From the NCBI GenBank assembly GCA_051294905.1, contig CM119371.1, positions 41,170,001 through 41,234,000 on the forward strand: a stretch of DNA of 64,000 nt, in the 5' to 3' direction. Shown piece by piece: positions 1-13,506 of the stretch (positions are counted from its first letter, which is position 1; each line of letters begins with the position of its first letter). This DNA is from Botryllus schlosseri. Taxonomy: Eukaryota. Below the pieces are notes generated by a model. That model ran no database searches. It worked only from the letters and a program-made list of their open reading frames with translations, and was not told where the DNA came from. Position numbers and translations under genes: made by a program.

Positions 1-327
1 CATAAGGTTCTTATAACAATTTCACTCACAATGCTGCATTATCCCAGAAATAATTTCGACGCTTAAAAATCCCATCTGTACAATTTACAGAACTGTGGGA
101 GCAGTCTGAAAGATTATCCACTTGAACAGTGCAAGCAGACAAAATGTATGTGGCTATTCTGTAAAAGCGCTTCGCTACTGATCCCCTCTGAAATACCGTA
201 ACCTATCTGTTCTACACAAGGTGCTGCCCACTTTTATGAGCACAGCAAAGATCCTGGCACAAACATCCCATTTTCTGTACAATTCCGGCTATAATTGCTT
301 GACAGGGTCCAAACAAAATCCATTTAC

Positions 328-551
328 CTGTAGTTCTCGGGATAAGGCATTCCATGAGTGATAATGGTACTCTCGAGTGCAACCACCGGTAACTTTCTCT
401 TCACAGCATCGCTGACATCAGGATGTATTCTGATTAAATCAGACTGCACTGGTACAGAAGTTGCGCAACGAGACAAAAAGCCTAAATGTGGCTTCACACT
501 AGCTGCTTTCAGCCTTTGTGCTGTCAACAAACACAGTCTACTGAAAATCAT
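328..551 (-). CDS. psuG: First coding exon of a pseudouridine-5'-phosphate glycosidase (PsuG/IndA family) domain gene; remaining exons lie beyond the window start
   Basis: Translation contains the family motif [19 protein letters not shown]; splice donor AG|GTAAAT at 328/327; acceptor-like TTTCAG upstream (exon start 588); basic, acid-free N-terminus. Confidence 0.85.
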
Positions 552-1519
552 AATGAATGTGGACTAACCATCAAGAAATCACAACCATCTGAAACACATG
601 TAATTATTATCGTAAAAATAGGAGTATGTAGTTAAAAGTTAGGTACATACAGTAGGCTACATAATGATGAAGTGATGTCAACAGACAACATAAGTACAAC
701 ACAAGTGAATAACAATATATTCATATTGTAATAAACCCTAATATTTTCGGCCAAGACTTCTCAGTGGAATGCTTCAGCAACTAGTTTACGAGAGTCAGCC
801 GAAAATATTTGGGTTTATTTCAATACGATTGTATTATATAATACTATTTTGAAGTTCTGTGTCTCCAAAAACCTCTTCTAACATAATTGCACTCCTAACA
901 GCATTTTTAACAGATAGACTGCTATCGTATTTAAAACGGTGCCACAGTCGGAAAAACAAATTGCAGCAAGCAGTTTCTTCATAATTTCAAATGATACCAT
1001 GAGCCTATCGAGTTCAGAAAAATGGGTAATATTGCAATCAATGAAATATTTTTGGCATTAATCCCGGACTTATGAATACAATAAGTCTAAATCCAGTGAT
1101 GCAATATTCAAATTCACGGTACAATGTAACGGTTGATGAAGTCATACACAAGAATATACCTATGCGGTCCCAGTTAAATTCTGTAATCACCAAAATGACA
1201 ATTAGTTAAAAGATTGGTTGGAGAAATCGCGAAAGATTCATACTGCTTGTTGCAATCTCAGTTTGAAGTAAAGTACAGGAACCGTTGTGCCCAGTCATGG
1301 TCAGTTGTTTGACTAGGAGATAAAATAGTAAAGTGAACGGATAAAATGATTAGAATGCCGTCACTTCTGAGTGGAGTGGCTATAAACATAAAAAATACCT
1401 GGCGCAGTGTGACAATAATTATGCAATTAATGCGAATTTAAAGGCATACTAGTAAGGATACTAACTATCAAAATAACGAAAGTACAACTGGTCCGCTATT
1501 TATTTTGAACTTTATAACC

Positions 1520-2523
1520 CAGGGGTCACCAACACGCGACCCGCGGGCCGCATGCGGCCCGCCGAGTCCTATTTTGCGGCCCGCGACCTGATTTGAGATT
1601 TCGGAAGAAAGCTAAGAAAACCAATTTGAAATTCTGAAATTGACTACGCGGTGTCAACATGTTGCTGTTGTTGTTTCAAAATAAGCTCTCTTCTGCCCAA
1701 TATCACGATTCGTCACTAGCTAAAACGGCTGTGGTGATGGCAACGACATTCCATCGAGGGAGAATCAGCTGATAAGAATGGGCATACTGTCTTGACTTGC
1801 AATAGCCCAAACACTGCCAAGACCGAGACGCTTTGAAAACGGCTTAAGGCAGTACGTGGTTCCTAAAACTGGGGAGCGCGTGCCCCTTGAGGGGGCGCGA
1901 AAGCATCTGACGGGGAGACGGAGTTGCGCTCAACTAAAAAATTTTTCACGCTCCTCGCAATTTACCTGTAATTCATTGTTTTTGCTCTATGTATAGTCCG
2001 GAATTCATCTTATAGAATTCTCTTATCAACAGTCATAACCTTGCATGCCATCAAACTAGCCGTTGAGATTGCTTGCATTCTGGTTGCATTTTGTGATATG
2101 ACGATTTTTCAGTATGATATATGGGGGCGTGTCTAAAAAAGTTTGAGAACCACTGGCTTAGGGCTTCCCCACAAGATCAAGCTTAACGTGAATATGGTCT
2201 TTCGTCTAGTCACGTATCTCGCTAGTCCCAATATCGATTCCTTTGTCGCTGAAAATCGTTTCCAGGTATCGCGCACAGCTTACAGTTCAAAATAAAATGA
2301 ATTGATGATATTGATCTTTTGTTGTCTTTGTAATCCTTAAGTAAAATATTGTTTCTTTTGTGGTCAATGTGCCCATCGCCTTTGTTAGGTTGCTCACCGT
2401 CGTACTGAGGTAGAGTTTTTGAACGTTGTTGCCTATTTTTTATCGATATCGAATTCATGCGGCCCGCGGCCCCTACGAAATTTGAAAAGTGGCCCGTGAC
2501 CCGTTTTGAGTTGGCGACCCCTG
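1520..2523. mobile_element. hAT-type MITE carrying a nested MITE
   Basis: TIRs CAGGGGTCACCAAC / GTTGGCGACCCCTG; perfect 8-bp TSD TTATAACC (1512-1519, 2524-2531); GGCCCGCG subterminal motifs. Confidence 0.9.
1850..2155. mobile_element. CAGTGGTTCTCAAAC-family MITE (nested); other copies 14658-14928, 19072-19385, 47951-48246
   Basis: Right TIR GTTTGAGAACCACTG; TSD GCTTAAGG/GCTTAGGG; shared body among the four copies; copy at 47951 has TSD TTCTAAGG. Confidence 0.8.
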
Positions 2524-3819
2524 TTATAACCCAATAAAAGAACTTTGGTACTGTGCGGCCATACAGTATTGCATTGAAAATGTGCACATTATCGCATTTA
2601 TGATACGATGATTGGTACAAGATCACATATCCTGCTCAAAAATGAGTGCAAATTAAAATAACAGAATCATTATTGGATGTTGAGGACAATGGGTCCAAGT
2701 AGTTTGACATATCAAAGAGTCTTATCATACTAAACAATGAAGATGAGTCACAGTAAATTTATTGTATTCTAGCAATCAGTTACACAGATAGACAGGCAAT
2801 CAATGCAATTTAACGTGATGACGCTTTTGGAATGCAAGGTACTACAGTCGAGCCTTTTCCTAGTTTTGTATTGGTCTCTAGATCAGTGATTCGTAACATT
2901 AGTTCACACCATCCAGTCTTAGGGGTTCACTGGATGTTAAGACACACACTCGTGTAGCAGAAGTCATAACAATTTACAGTAGATATTCATTATAATCTCT
3001 TGCTTTGTGTGAAACTCGTGTTGCAATGGTTCCATTCATTTAACACTGTTGTTGATACACACACAGTTCATTAATGTAGACCTACCAGTATTATATAGTG
3101 ATGTATCATATGTGCAACGTGGTATATTCTGTTTCTGCGAATCATCGAAAATTTGAGGTTCACTAAAGGCTTGGAGATTTGCGTAACGGTTTGCCAGGCT
3201 AGTAAAGTTCAAGAACCAATGATGTCGAATCACCTAGTTATTGCAACTCCAACTATCTATAATGTAGGGTTACCATACTTCAGGAGAATTTTGAAGATTG
3301 CTAATGGCTGTTGCCATCGTGTCCTACAATGTTGTGGACACAAGAAAATCTCACGACTCAGTGCGATTAGGTGACGTCACACTTTCCATTTGATCAAAGG
3401 CAATTGTACAATAATTTTTTGGCTGGCTTGCCAAGCTCGAAATTTGATAAAGTTAGTATCCATTGAAAGCCATCGCGGTGCTGATTGCGGAAATATAAAT
3501 TTTATTCTGCTCGTGGTCCTGTATCCCCAAAATATCAGCTTTGAATTTTGCATTGTAACACAGTTTGGTATTGTGACGCAACCATGCTGTCTGGAATATG
3601 GCGCCCTTGCGCAACAATGCCGAATAAGCTTGCGGTTGCCCTGCTTCCAGATGGCCTTATTGCGTCACAAAACAGAAATTTGTTATGATGCAACATTTGA
3701 AGCAGATTTTGGGGAGTTCCATATCCACAAGCAGAATAAACGTTTTATATTTGCAAGCAGTACCTCGATAGCATCAATTTTCATACTCGGCAAGCCAGTA
3801 GAACACTATTCTGATGCTG

Positions 3820-4300
3820 TGATGACTCAACTTGACCCGAGTCATTTTCTCAAATACGGAGATGACTCGACTTGGAGTCGAGTGATTGCGCATGACTCGA
3901 ACCAAGTCATATGACCCGAGCCTCGGACGGCCAAGGCCGACATTGCATTGTAATTTCGAAGAATAGTCAAGTAACCACACTATTGGGATTTCGTCTATTG
4001 GCACTGGCACTTGAAAATGCGACCAGAAACTGCTAAAAGTGAGGAAAATTAGTAGGCCCTATATTATAAATGCGAACCATTCGATATCACCACATAAAGT
4101 TATAAAAAGTGGGTTTAACAAGACTTAAACTGGAACCCGAGCAGTCAACACAATGACTTGGACTCGAGTCATAATAGCAGATCTTGGACTCTGCTCGCTG
4201 ATTTGGACTCAGACTTGAGTCGGTTGTGAATTGATAATGACTCAACTTGACTCGAGTCAAAACTATAAAAGTGGAGCTTTGCGACTTGTTTGCAACCTTG
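3820..4300 (+). mobile_element. Degenerate copy of the GACTCGAGTC-rich MITE family (best copy 25233-25864)
   Basis: Long colinear similarity to 25400-25860 (e.g. CTTGAAAATGCGACCAGAAACTGCTAAAAGTGA). Confidence 0.75.
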
Positions 4301-4476
4301 GCTGATACCATTATTTATTTCATTGTGTGATATGTACTCAATATTATCGGCGAGCCGGTGATTGATCGCGCTCTGCATCACAACTGTGACTATCCATGTC
4401 ACAACAATAGCGAGAATACCGCAAAATATCATATCAATATTGCATTTTCATAATAGGTTGACAAAATATTTGGTTA

Positions 4477-6024
4477 TCACAATGGAGTCCCTTCGTATAT
4501 GTGAATTTTGGATTCCTTCACAGTGACAACGTGACTGATTTTAAAGTGTCTTTTCAATTTGGCGACAAACTTCTCCTCTCTGGAATACCTCATTTTAGCC
4601 GACAATATTAAAGATGGACGATTTGCGGTCGTATTTTTACTATAATCAGACAGAACAGATGAGTGAGTCTTGCATCTGCATAAATAACATATCGTGTCCA
4701 ACAAATCGTCGAAAGTATCTTCGATGTACACTATATCCGCACCGATTACGAAATCGTAATCGTTAGGGTTGTAAAGATGATGTTTTTCTCCCCATTTCAG
4801 CTCTTGCACGACAGGCTGGTTTGTATCGTTTTCGGCAAAATTCATGCAGACATTTCGCGATAAAAACGGTAGAAATTCACACAAGTCCGTAACGGTAACT
4901 TTGGCTCCGAGTTTAGAACATGCTATCCCGACCAGACCAGTGCCAGCTCCCAGCTCCAACACACGTGCTCCTTTCAAATTTTTATTCGCAACGACGTAAT
5001 TTGTGAGCTCGATTGCCTGAAAAAAAAAGGAATGCTAAAGAGAGAGATTACCGAACTGTTTCGAAATACAGTAGCAATGAATAGGGTTTGGAAAAATGAT
5101 TGGAGTAGTGAGGGATGATTTGTTTGAGAACCAGTACTGAAATTTTACACTGCTTACCAGGGATGCAATGACTCGAGTCATGGTTTTTGGGTTACCTGAC
5201 TCGAGTCGTTTTTTCAGAAGCGTAAAATGACTCGACTCAGTCAATTTTAGTATTGATTCGACTTGTATTCGAGTCATTGTGTATAACTATGGATAACTAA
5301 CCTACGGATAGATGCGCATCACGTGATTCACGGCCCAGTGAATCACGTCAGTGAATCACGACAGTCGCAGTGTTGTTGTGGCCTTCATAGCATGTAACGG
5401 CAACGTAGATGACGACCCGAGCGCTCAAATTTATTAACGTTGATATTATCCGAAAGCTCCAGTCGCGCTGATTCTGACAATATACATTAAATTTTCATCA
5501 AGGCAACGGAACCACCCCGAAATAGCTTTCAAAGTCTGAAAATCGGCATTGTTCTAAACAATCGCAACGACGCAGCACAATGACCCTACCAATGGTTCTT
5601 GCGTGGTTGCGATTGCGGTTGACTAAGTAAACTAAGTAAACTTGATTCCCGAAATACCCGTCAATTTGTCCCATGTTTCATATAATTTGTGGTCTTTTTT
5701 AGTAAGTTTAGCTAAAAATGAGGACAAATTGTAAAAAACTAGGTCATTTGAGCTAAGGGAGGAAACATCTTCAAAATGGTCGATGTAAGGTAACCCTAAT
5801 TTACAGCAGCAATAATAACAACTTACCGCTTCCCAAACGACAGCTGACACGCCTTGGCCATCCCAATTCTGCTCGATCACAATTTCATCAGCAATACCTT
5901 CGAAGCGAAACGTACGCTTTTTTTCAGTGAAGGACGGAAACAGATTGATTTGCGAGACGTCATAAGGCACTAAAGCCCAGCTTTGTTCATTTTCTTCACT
6001 TTTGCTCCTATTGTGCGCCGACAT
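4477..6024 (-). CDS. METTL21A: METTL21-family protein-lysine methyltransferase, two exons: 5827-6024 and 4477-5016 (245 aa)
   Basis: Exon 1 ends SAVVWEA at donor GCG|GTAAGT; exon 2 starts after T-tract CAG with AIELTNY...VLELGAGTGLVGI (SAM motif I), VTD, ELKWG, FVIGADIVY; phase-0 join is in frame. Exact paralog (A vs others) less certain. Confidence 0.9.
5291..5630 (+). mobile_element. Interspersed repeat in the METTL21 intron; related copies ~7020-7380 and ~30927-32010
   Basis: Shared start ATAACTAACCTACGGATAGATG and body (GATGACGACCCGAGCGCTCAAATT...AAATCGGCATTGTTCTAAACAAT). Confidence 0.7.
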
Positions 6025-7900
6025 ATTGGACGCAGCGACCACACCGATGATTATTATTAAAAAGTCATATAAGTTGATGAACATGATATTTGAGACCTGG
6101 GTTAAATTTATTGAATGTTAACGACTACACATCACCTGATTTTCAAGCAAAAAAATTCGTAAATATTTTTGCACAATTCAGTGAAAATTAGCCTACAGTA
6201 GTTGTGAGTTTTGAAAGTGAGCAGTTCTAGTTCTAGTCGCCCATTTTGAAAGCCCAGTAGGTTATAAGAGTCTGCTGACAACTGATACCGTAATTGCAAA
6301 CAAAAGATCGCAAGCGGAACATAATGAGCAAACAAACAAAGATTGTTACAACTTATTGTCATCAAATAGTTGCCTTTACATGACAGTATGACAATAATTT
6401 GACAATTAGGACAACAAAAGTAAAATTTAGACATTTTTGCAACAAAAATATTATTTGTGCCATAGTCGTCAAAAAGTACCAGTGTCAAAAATACTTTGTT
6501 CATAATTATCGTGAACGCATCATCATGCTTTGATATTCAGCAAGATTCGTAGGTCTACGTGACCATGGCTGGTATACTTGGGCTACATTTCAAATGTTAG
6601 CAGCAAGTAGCATACTTTCTAAAATCCAGTGTTAGTAGCCTATATATATAAGGAACCATTTGCCTGGAAATTGATACTTAGACAGAGATACAATGCGCAA
6701 TCAGTATGAACCGGTATTGGTAATGCTATCATGATTAGAGCACGCACAATTATTGGTTGGCAGATAATATCGAGTTAAAATTACACTTTAAAATAAATAT
6801 CGATATCGACCATAGGAGGTAGAAAAATATCATCAAATTTCGTGATGTCATAACATGGTAATCGGGTCAAGAGAAATATAGTATGCGATTGACAGACTTG
6901 GAATATTCATCTATATCTTATAGCTTACAGCTGTCTAGATGTAGCCTTCTAGTTTTTGAAATGCACCCTAAGCTAGATGCCATATCTTCAGAATACATAT
7001 TGGTCAGCCTCTAATTATTGATTACTAACCTAGGGATAGACACGCAACTCCGGTTGTTACGCTCCGGCAAGCAGTTACAGTTGTTGCACAGCAATTTAAA
7101 ACCGGAATATTAGATGCGGTAATAGCTTCCGACCCAAGGGCTAAAATTTAGTTAAATTGGTCTTAATCGAGAGCTAATGTCGAGCTGATTCCGAAAATAC
7201 AAATTAAAATCTTCTCAGGGACATGGAAACACCTCAAAACAGACGTCAAAGTCTGAAATTCGGCATTGTTCCAACACAATGAACATAGCAATGGCCAATT
7301 TCATCAAGCCATTGTTTGGGACAATCCCGGTTTACAGACTTTGAGGGCTGTTTCGACGTGGTTCCGTGGTTCCTACATCACTGATTACGCACTATTTTTA
7401 TTTCGCGATGATGATAATTCTATCTATTACGGTTTAGTTGCAGTATCTTTCTCAACAGCCTACCATTTCAGTCAACAATTGACAGCCAAACTGCGTTTTC
7501 GCACAATGATCCAATGGAAAACACTATCTAATCGAATCTCGGGGCACCTTTTTGCAACACGGTCAGCCGTTTTTAATCATATGATTAGCATTCTGGCGGA
7601 TCAGCTAACTTATTATCTCTGCCTAATATGTGTCCCGATTAGCTGTGTTTATCACATGATTAGCAATCTCTCGGATCAGCCAACTTTATGATTTCTGCCC
7701 TTAGAGTTGGAGAATTTTACAATTATTATTAAAATAATGACTTTTTAAAAATTTAACTGCATTTAGCCAACCTAACAACTTCATCAAATTAGCCAGTGAT
7801 ATTTGAAGTGATAAGTTAATTTATACCAACACTATTGTGCACTCAAAATGCATTTTAACTTGGTGAAGATTGAATCTATTCACTTGGCGGATTCATTCCG

Positions 7901-8314
7901 TTATCTTTTCGAACGAGATTGTATCGGAACAGGCTTTTCCAATTCCTTCACGTATGTCGCTTCCCAGTTCTGTCCATCGTAAGTCTCAATGGTGATACTT
8001 CGGACTGTATCACCGTCCAAACAATCGGGGTTCACCCCATATCCATCAGGATTGGACCTCGGTCGGTAAAAGCTTTGTACTCCGCAAATCTTACAGAATT
8101 GGTGTTTCGCCTTATGTGAGTTGAAGGTGTATGTGGTTAATGCGTCCTGCCCTTGCAACAAGGTGAAGTCGCTTTCCGGCACCACGAAATGGATATTGTG
8201 CTTCTTCTTGCAAATACTGCAGTTGCAGTCGTAAACAACCAAGTTTTCAGCGGCCTGAACCTCAAATTTTACTGCGCCACAGTGGCAGCTTCCTTTGTGC
8301 GTGACGAGAGACAT
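7901..8314 (-). CDS. CENPV: CENP-V / GFA (Mss4-like zinc-binding) family protein, about 137 aa in one exon
   Basis: HKGSCHCGAVKF, DCNCSIC, YTFNSHKAKHQFCKICGVQSFYRPRSNPDGYGVN, YDGQNWE motifs; acceptor TTTTGTTTACAG just upstream (exon start 8328), so an upstream exon or leader may exist. Confidence 0.9.
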   Translation of the reverse strand: MSLVTHKGSCHCGAVKFEVQAAENLVVYDCNCSICKKKHNIHFVVPESDFTLLQGQDALTTYTFNSHKAKHQFCKICGVQSFYRPRSNPDGYGVNPDCLDGDTVRSITIETYDGQNWEATYVKELEKPVPIQSRSKR

Positions 8315-8344
8315 CTCATTAAGTTTTTCTGTAAACAAAAGACA

Positions 8345-9731
8345 GCTGAGATGACTCATTCCATTATAATTTAGCAAATTTTCTGACCGTTGTGATGTAT
8401 GCCCTCAGAATTGTCCAATATTTACAAATGTTTTCTGTTAATTCTGGCTACATTTAAAAAAAATTAAATTGTAAAATTTCCAGCGGTTTAAAAGATAATG
8501 CGATTAGAAATTCTCATGTCACTAGGTGGCGCTGCATGCAAAAATCTTCAAAATCCATATTTTTTGCTGTAATGATGGTGGAGAATCAACTAAAATGTCT
8601 AATTCAGGGCTGGCCAACCTTTTCAGCCAACGGGCCACATTCGATTGACGAATTAGTGAGCGGGCCACTGGCCGCGCGAAGCGCGAACATTTTTTGAAGT
8701 TCATAGGTCATTAATATTGTTATTTGACTATATTGCGGGCCTGCTGTTTATCGCTGGGCTAATTTTGCGAGGACTGGGCTATTCGGCGCATGGACATATC
8801 GATATCGAAAGATGCGACCAACATATGCGTCAATCATTTCGTGCCTAGGTTGCATAGTCGACGGTCTTACTGCGAGCAAAAACGTCATGTCACATATGTT
8901 GAACGACACTTTGTCTCGTAATCGCGAATGTAGTTAGACTCAATCTGATACATTAGGTGTTCTTCCATTTTCACAAAAGGGCAACAATATTAAAAACGAA
9001 TGACAACATGTTGCACCAAGCTTGAGATAATTTTTACCTTTGATAAATCTACCGCAAATTATTCTGCTTTATTGTAGTGTACGAAGATATACCAATATGT
9101 GAATGGCTGATGGATCTGTCAATGCGTAGGAACTGATATTTTAGTCATCACATCTCAAGTGTTGCGACCAGACTAATCAAATTTTTGGTTGGCCTTGCAA
9201 GTTCACAATCTGTGCAATCCATTTTTGATGATATTAGAAATTTCGGAAATGACCTCGCGGGCCACTCAAAACCTTCCCGCGGGCCACATGTGGCCCGCGG
9301 GCCACGGGTTGGCCGGCCCTGGTCTAATTACACAATTTTGAGGCCAAGGAATTGAAAAAAATCAACTTTTTCGCTCTAAACTCAAAGGAAAAAAAGTTAC
9401 GGACGAAACAAAATTGGGGGGAGCGGACTTGAAAATCCATGTAGGATTCCATTTACGCAAAAAAATTTGCAAAATGTAGGCTACTTTGAAACAGTATGAT
9501 TGATAAAAAATAGGATTTTCAAATTAATCTCTATTCCAGAAGGAAATCACGAAAAAATTTCTCTTTGTATTCAGTAATTGGTTATAATAGTAGATACGAT
9601 GAGCAGCATTTCAATTTAATATTTTTTAATGTAGCCAGAATTAAAAAAAAAAACATTTGTTAATATTAGACAGTTCTGAGGGTATGCATTACAGCCCTTG
9701 TTAAGTTGTAATGGAATTAGCCAGATGTCAG
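8345..9731. mobile_element. Old inverted-repeat element hosting the 8605-9321 MITE
   Basis: ~8345-8475 is an imperfect reverse complement of ~9610-9731 (TAATTCTGGCTACATT / AATGTAGCCAGAATTA). Confidence 0.6.
8605..9321. mobile_element. hAT-type MITE, 717 bp; same family as the ZNF-disrupting element
   Basis: TIRs CAGGGCTGGCCAAC / GTTGGCCGGCCCTG; perfect TSD GTCTAATT. Confidence 0.95.
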
Positions 9732-9839
9732 TTTATCGACAATATCTAGTCGATAACACCGGTATCAACCTTTTAGAGGTAAAAAAACTGCAGGCAAGGC
9801 ATTTTTTGTGACATCACAGCATGGTAGTCAGTAGGTAGT

Positions 9840-10530
9840 AGTGTCGGGATCAAGTCACTACCTTCGAGTCAAAAGTCATCTCGAGTCATTGCACATTTTG
9901 ACTCGAATCAAGTCGAGTCAATCGGTTTTTTAAAGTGACTCGAGTCAAGTCACAATTCAAGTCTTCTCGAAGCATGAGGCATGATTAAGTCATTGTATTG
10001 TGCCAGCTGTTCGAAATTCAGATTGAGTGGCCATTTATTTTAAACCAAGGGATGAATAAGGAGGTAAATATACATGCATCGAATTTGTTTTGCCCACCCA
10101 AGGGATATTTAATTGAATAATGCAAATAGAATATATATCTGCCACTCAAGGCCATTGCTGCCAAGCGCCATAATTCAATACAACAACAACATGCAAAAGC
10201 AAAAGGACGTTGTATAGGCCTAGATCACGAATGCATAATACTGCTAAACTACCGACCTATCTGTATGCCCACAGTCTTTAATTATCCGGCGAAATAGGGA
10301 CTAGAACACGAAACCTCAAATAGGGGAAACAAATTTATATGATATATTACCCAACTACATATCCCTGTGATACAATTTTAGCTGCGCCAATGCTGGACTA
10401 GTAATATAAACTTGTGAACTAAAGTCGAATTTGATTTAGATCATACAAGAGATTTGGTTAAGGTGATCACCGAGCACGAATGAGCAGTCTGTAGAACAGT
10501 GATGTCTTGCTATCATATTACTTTACTACT
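9840..10530 (+). mobile_element. Truncated copy of the CAGTGTTGGGAT family (full copy 27369-28362)
   Basis: Start GTGTCGGGATCAAGTCACTACCTTCGAGTC matches 27370; patchy similarity continues; no right TIR found. Confidence 0.65.
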
Positions 10531-10999
10531 TCAACAACGTAGCACTGTACCTTATAAACAGCCATCTACTTGGTTTGATCGAAAAATGCTAGCCCATGTA
10601 TCTGTCTACCTGTCATGCCTAGCTCACAAAATGCTTTTGCCATTTTGCGTGTGCGATTCGCTTGCTCAGCAGCTAGCACTCCCCTAGCAGCATTTTATAG
10701 ATGACTAACCTACTAGAAATTTACAGGATCATCATCATCTGACATCTGGTAATTCCCCTACAATGATATATCAAATTGGGTATCAGTGGTCTGGTATCAG
10801 CTGGCGTCATTGCGCGCAGTTCATTTCTTGTTGGTTGTTGTAGCAACTCGCTGCATACATGGAGTTGCATTATTTACGAGCATACAAGTTACAAATGCAC
10901 GTCGGTCGTTTTAAACTGGTGTTCCAGCGGGAGGTCCAGGGGTTCTGTGAACCGGGCTCGGGGGTTCTCTGGAGTCGGAGATCAAGACACACACTCAAT

Positions 11000-11300
11000 T
11001 TCATCATCATCATTGGTTTATTAGCAATTTTATCACTTCAATACACCACAAAAAATGCGATACACTGAATAGACAGGAAGATGTCGAAGCGACTTGGATT
11101 TGTCAATGGAATCGGACACCCACCTTGGCCTAGGCGTAGTAAAGAGGAGGCATGCACACTGAATGAAAGTAAAGAATACAGTATAGAAAAAGAAAGCGAC
11201 AAGAAATAGGGCGGCATGTCATGGGAAGCGAGATCGATAGGTCAGTCGTGGTCCGGTAATCTTGAGGATGGACTGTATTTATTTAGTAGTAATTTAGTAG
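11000..11300 (-). mobile_element. 3' end fragment of an L2/Crack-like LINE; other copies 13650-13915, 30430-30670 (+), 32010-32100, 40740-41030, 62530-62815
   Basis: Shared GGAGGCATGCACACTGAATG core; (ATG)n-type tail; the 32010 copy is contiguous with a LINE ORF C-terminus. Confidence 0.8.
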
Positions 11301-11453
11301 TAAATTTCTCATACATAATCAGGGATTTCGATCATAACTGGAAATTAAGGCTGAAGTAACCAAGTATTCCTGTATGGTCCCACGTCGTATTGCTTTCAAA
11401 AGGGTTACGTGGGTTAGTATTTTAAAATGAAGTGTATTTGATGTAGATGTACG

Positions 11454-13506
11454 CAGGGCTGTGGAGTCGGAGTCGGAGTCGGAGTTTGACTAATTTTCAC
11501 TTGATGGAGTCGGAGTCGGAGTCGGAGTCGTGGAAACTATAATGGCTGGAGTCGGAGTCGGGGAAAAATACTGACTGGAGTCGGAGTCGGAGTTTGAGAA
11601 AATGACCCTGACTTCGACTCCGACTCCAACTTCTCTATCATAAAATCAATTGCTGTCAAAGGATTTTCAATATATATTTTTTTGTGTAGGCTACCACCAA
11701 TCACTGTTATTAATAACCATACAGATCAGGTGCGGCCAACCCGTGGCACGCAGGCCAATTTCTAGACTGCGAGAAGCTTTTGTGTGGCCTGCGAGGTAAT
11801 TCTCGAAATTATTTATAACATCAGGTAAAATTGCAAGGCCAACCAAAATTTGATTATCCTCATGACCGCGAAATTTGATGATGACTAAAACATCAGTTCT
11901 GACGCATTGGCGTTTCCAGGGGCCAACCACATTTATCGCAGATCTTCGTGTATTAGGATATTCCGCAGCAGATTTATTTGACACGAAAATTTTCTCGGCA
12001 CTGAGCATGTTTTATTGTCACTAGATTTCTTACATTTAGTATTGGAGCCCCCTTCTGAAAATTATAAATGCATGTTGTTTACAGAATTGAGTCTAACTAT
12101 ATTCGCAATAAAGAGATAACGTGTCGTCCAACATGCGGCTTCGCTTGTGCACTCGCAGCGAGATCGTCGACGACGAAACATTTGCACAAAATGATAGAGG
12201 CATGTTCACCGAAACATTCGTTATTGCTATGTCTAAACATCGAATAATCCTGTCCTTACCACATGAGCCCAGTGGTATACAGATGTGACCCCAAATAGAT
12301 GTTAGTAACATATTTATTGATAGAATTCAGTCATAACCTCTGAAAAAATTTCGCGCTTCGCGCGACCAGGGTGTTACTGCGCACAGCACAGTTGCATGAC
12401 ATAATTGTTATCAATTTTAGTGCGTAGTCATATAAGTATTGTTTGCAATGTTACCTAATTCGGGTCGTTCCTATCGGACGAATGAAAATGGTTATCAACA
12501 TTCCAGTTGCGCGCTTAATGGTTCTTAAATCCCATGTGCCTTTGGCCGAGAAAGTTGGCCACCCTTGACATCGATAAAATTAGACATTACTTGCAAATTA
12601 CAATTCGTTGCATAAAGGAAGAAAATCGCAATATGCATTTTTACCATGCAGTCAAAATTGATGCAATTTTGTGAATTATACCATGATACTGTGACAGAGA
12701 AAATGCATCGGCTGGTTGTAAAATTGATGTAAATATAACCAAACGATGCTTTCCACTTGACAAAATATTTGTAGTGTAGCTTAGATGTTTGGGTCGAATA
12801 AATGATTAAGAAAGACTGCAACTCCTAGTCCATAAATAGGCCTACTTGACCAAGTACATGTAGACTAGACAGACATATAGGCTATAGTATTTGACTACCT
12901 GCTAAATTTCATTTATGACCAATGTCTATTAGTAGTAAGAGTGTGTGTGCTTGTAATCAGTATAGTGTGTAATGACAAAATTAGTAAGTTCAATCTCTGT
13001 AATAGTTGCTGACTCATACACATGTGCAAGAGCTAGACTTGGATTTTTCGTCTACATTTTTATGATACAGGATTGGATATATGTCGTATTTGAATGATTC
13101 ATACATATTAGGATATTACACAGTCCATGTTATAAAAACTTATAAAATATGAAAAAAGAAGGATATTAGCAAATTATTCTGTCATTTTAATTGCATAGTG
13201 GATAATTCGAGCTGTGCCACAATGAAACAATTTTGCATGCCACCGTTAATCATATGTTTGCGTATGTTTGATGATTGTATGATGATAGTCATTCAACCGA
13301 CAGTGTGGCATATAATTTTCGAAGTAAATCGGTAATACTGTTGGAGTCGGAGTCGGGAGTCGGAGTCAGTACGTTTAAAGACTCTGGAGTCGGTACGTTT
13401 TAAGACTCAGGAGTCGGAGTCGGAGTGTGAGTCGGTATATTGAAAATGTGTGGACTCGGAGTCGGAGCCGGAGTCGGTGGTAAAATTTACCGACTCCACA
13501 GCCCTG
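11454..13506. mobile_element. hAT-type non-autonomous element with (GGAGTC)n subterminal arrays; nested MITE 11727-12567
   Basis: TIRs CAGGGCTGTGGAGTCGG / CCGACTCCACAGCCCTG; perfect TSD GATGTACG. Confidence 0.95.

Noticed and set aside
3390..3914. 174-aa ORF and similar medium ORFs (2222-2626, 7266-7691, 57027-57467, 58292-58729)
   Set aside because: Overlap interspersed repeats and show no recognisable protein motifs.
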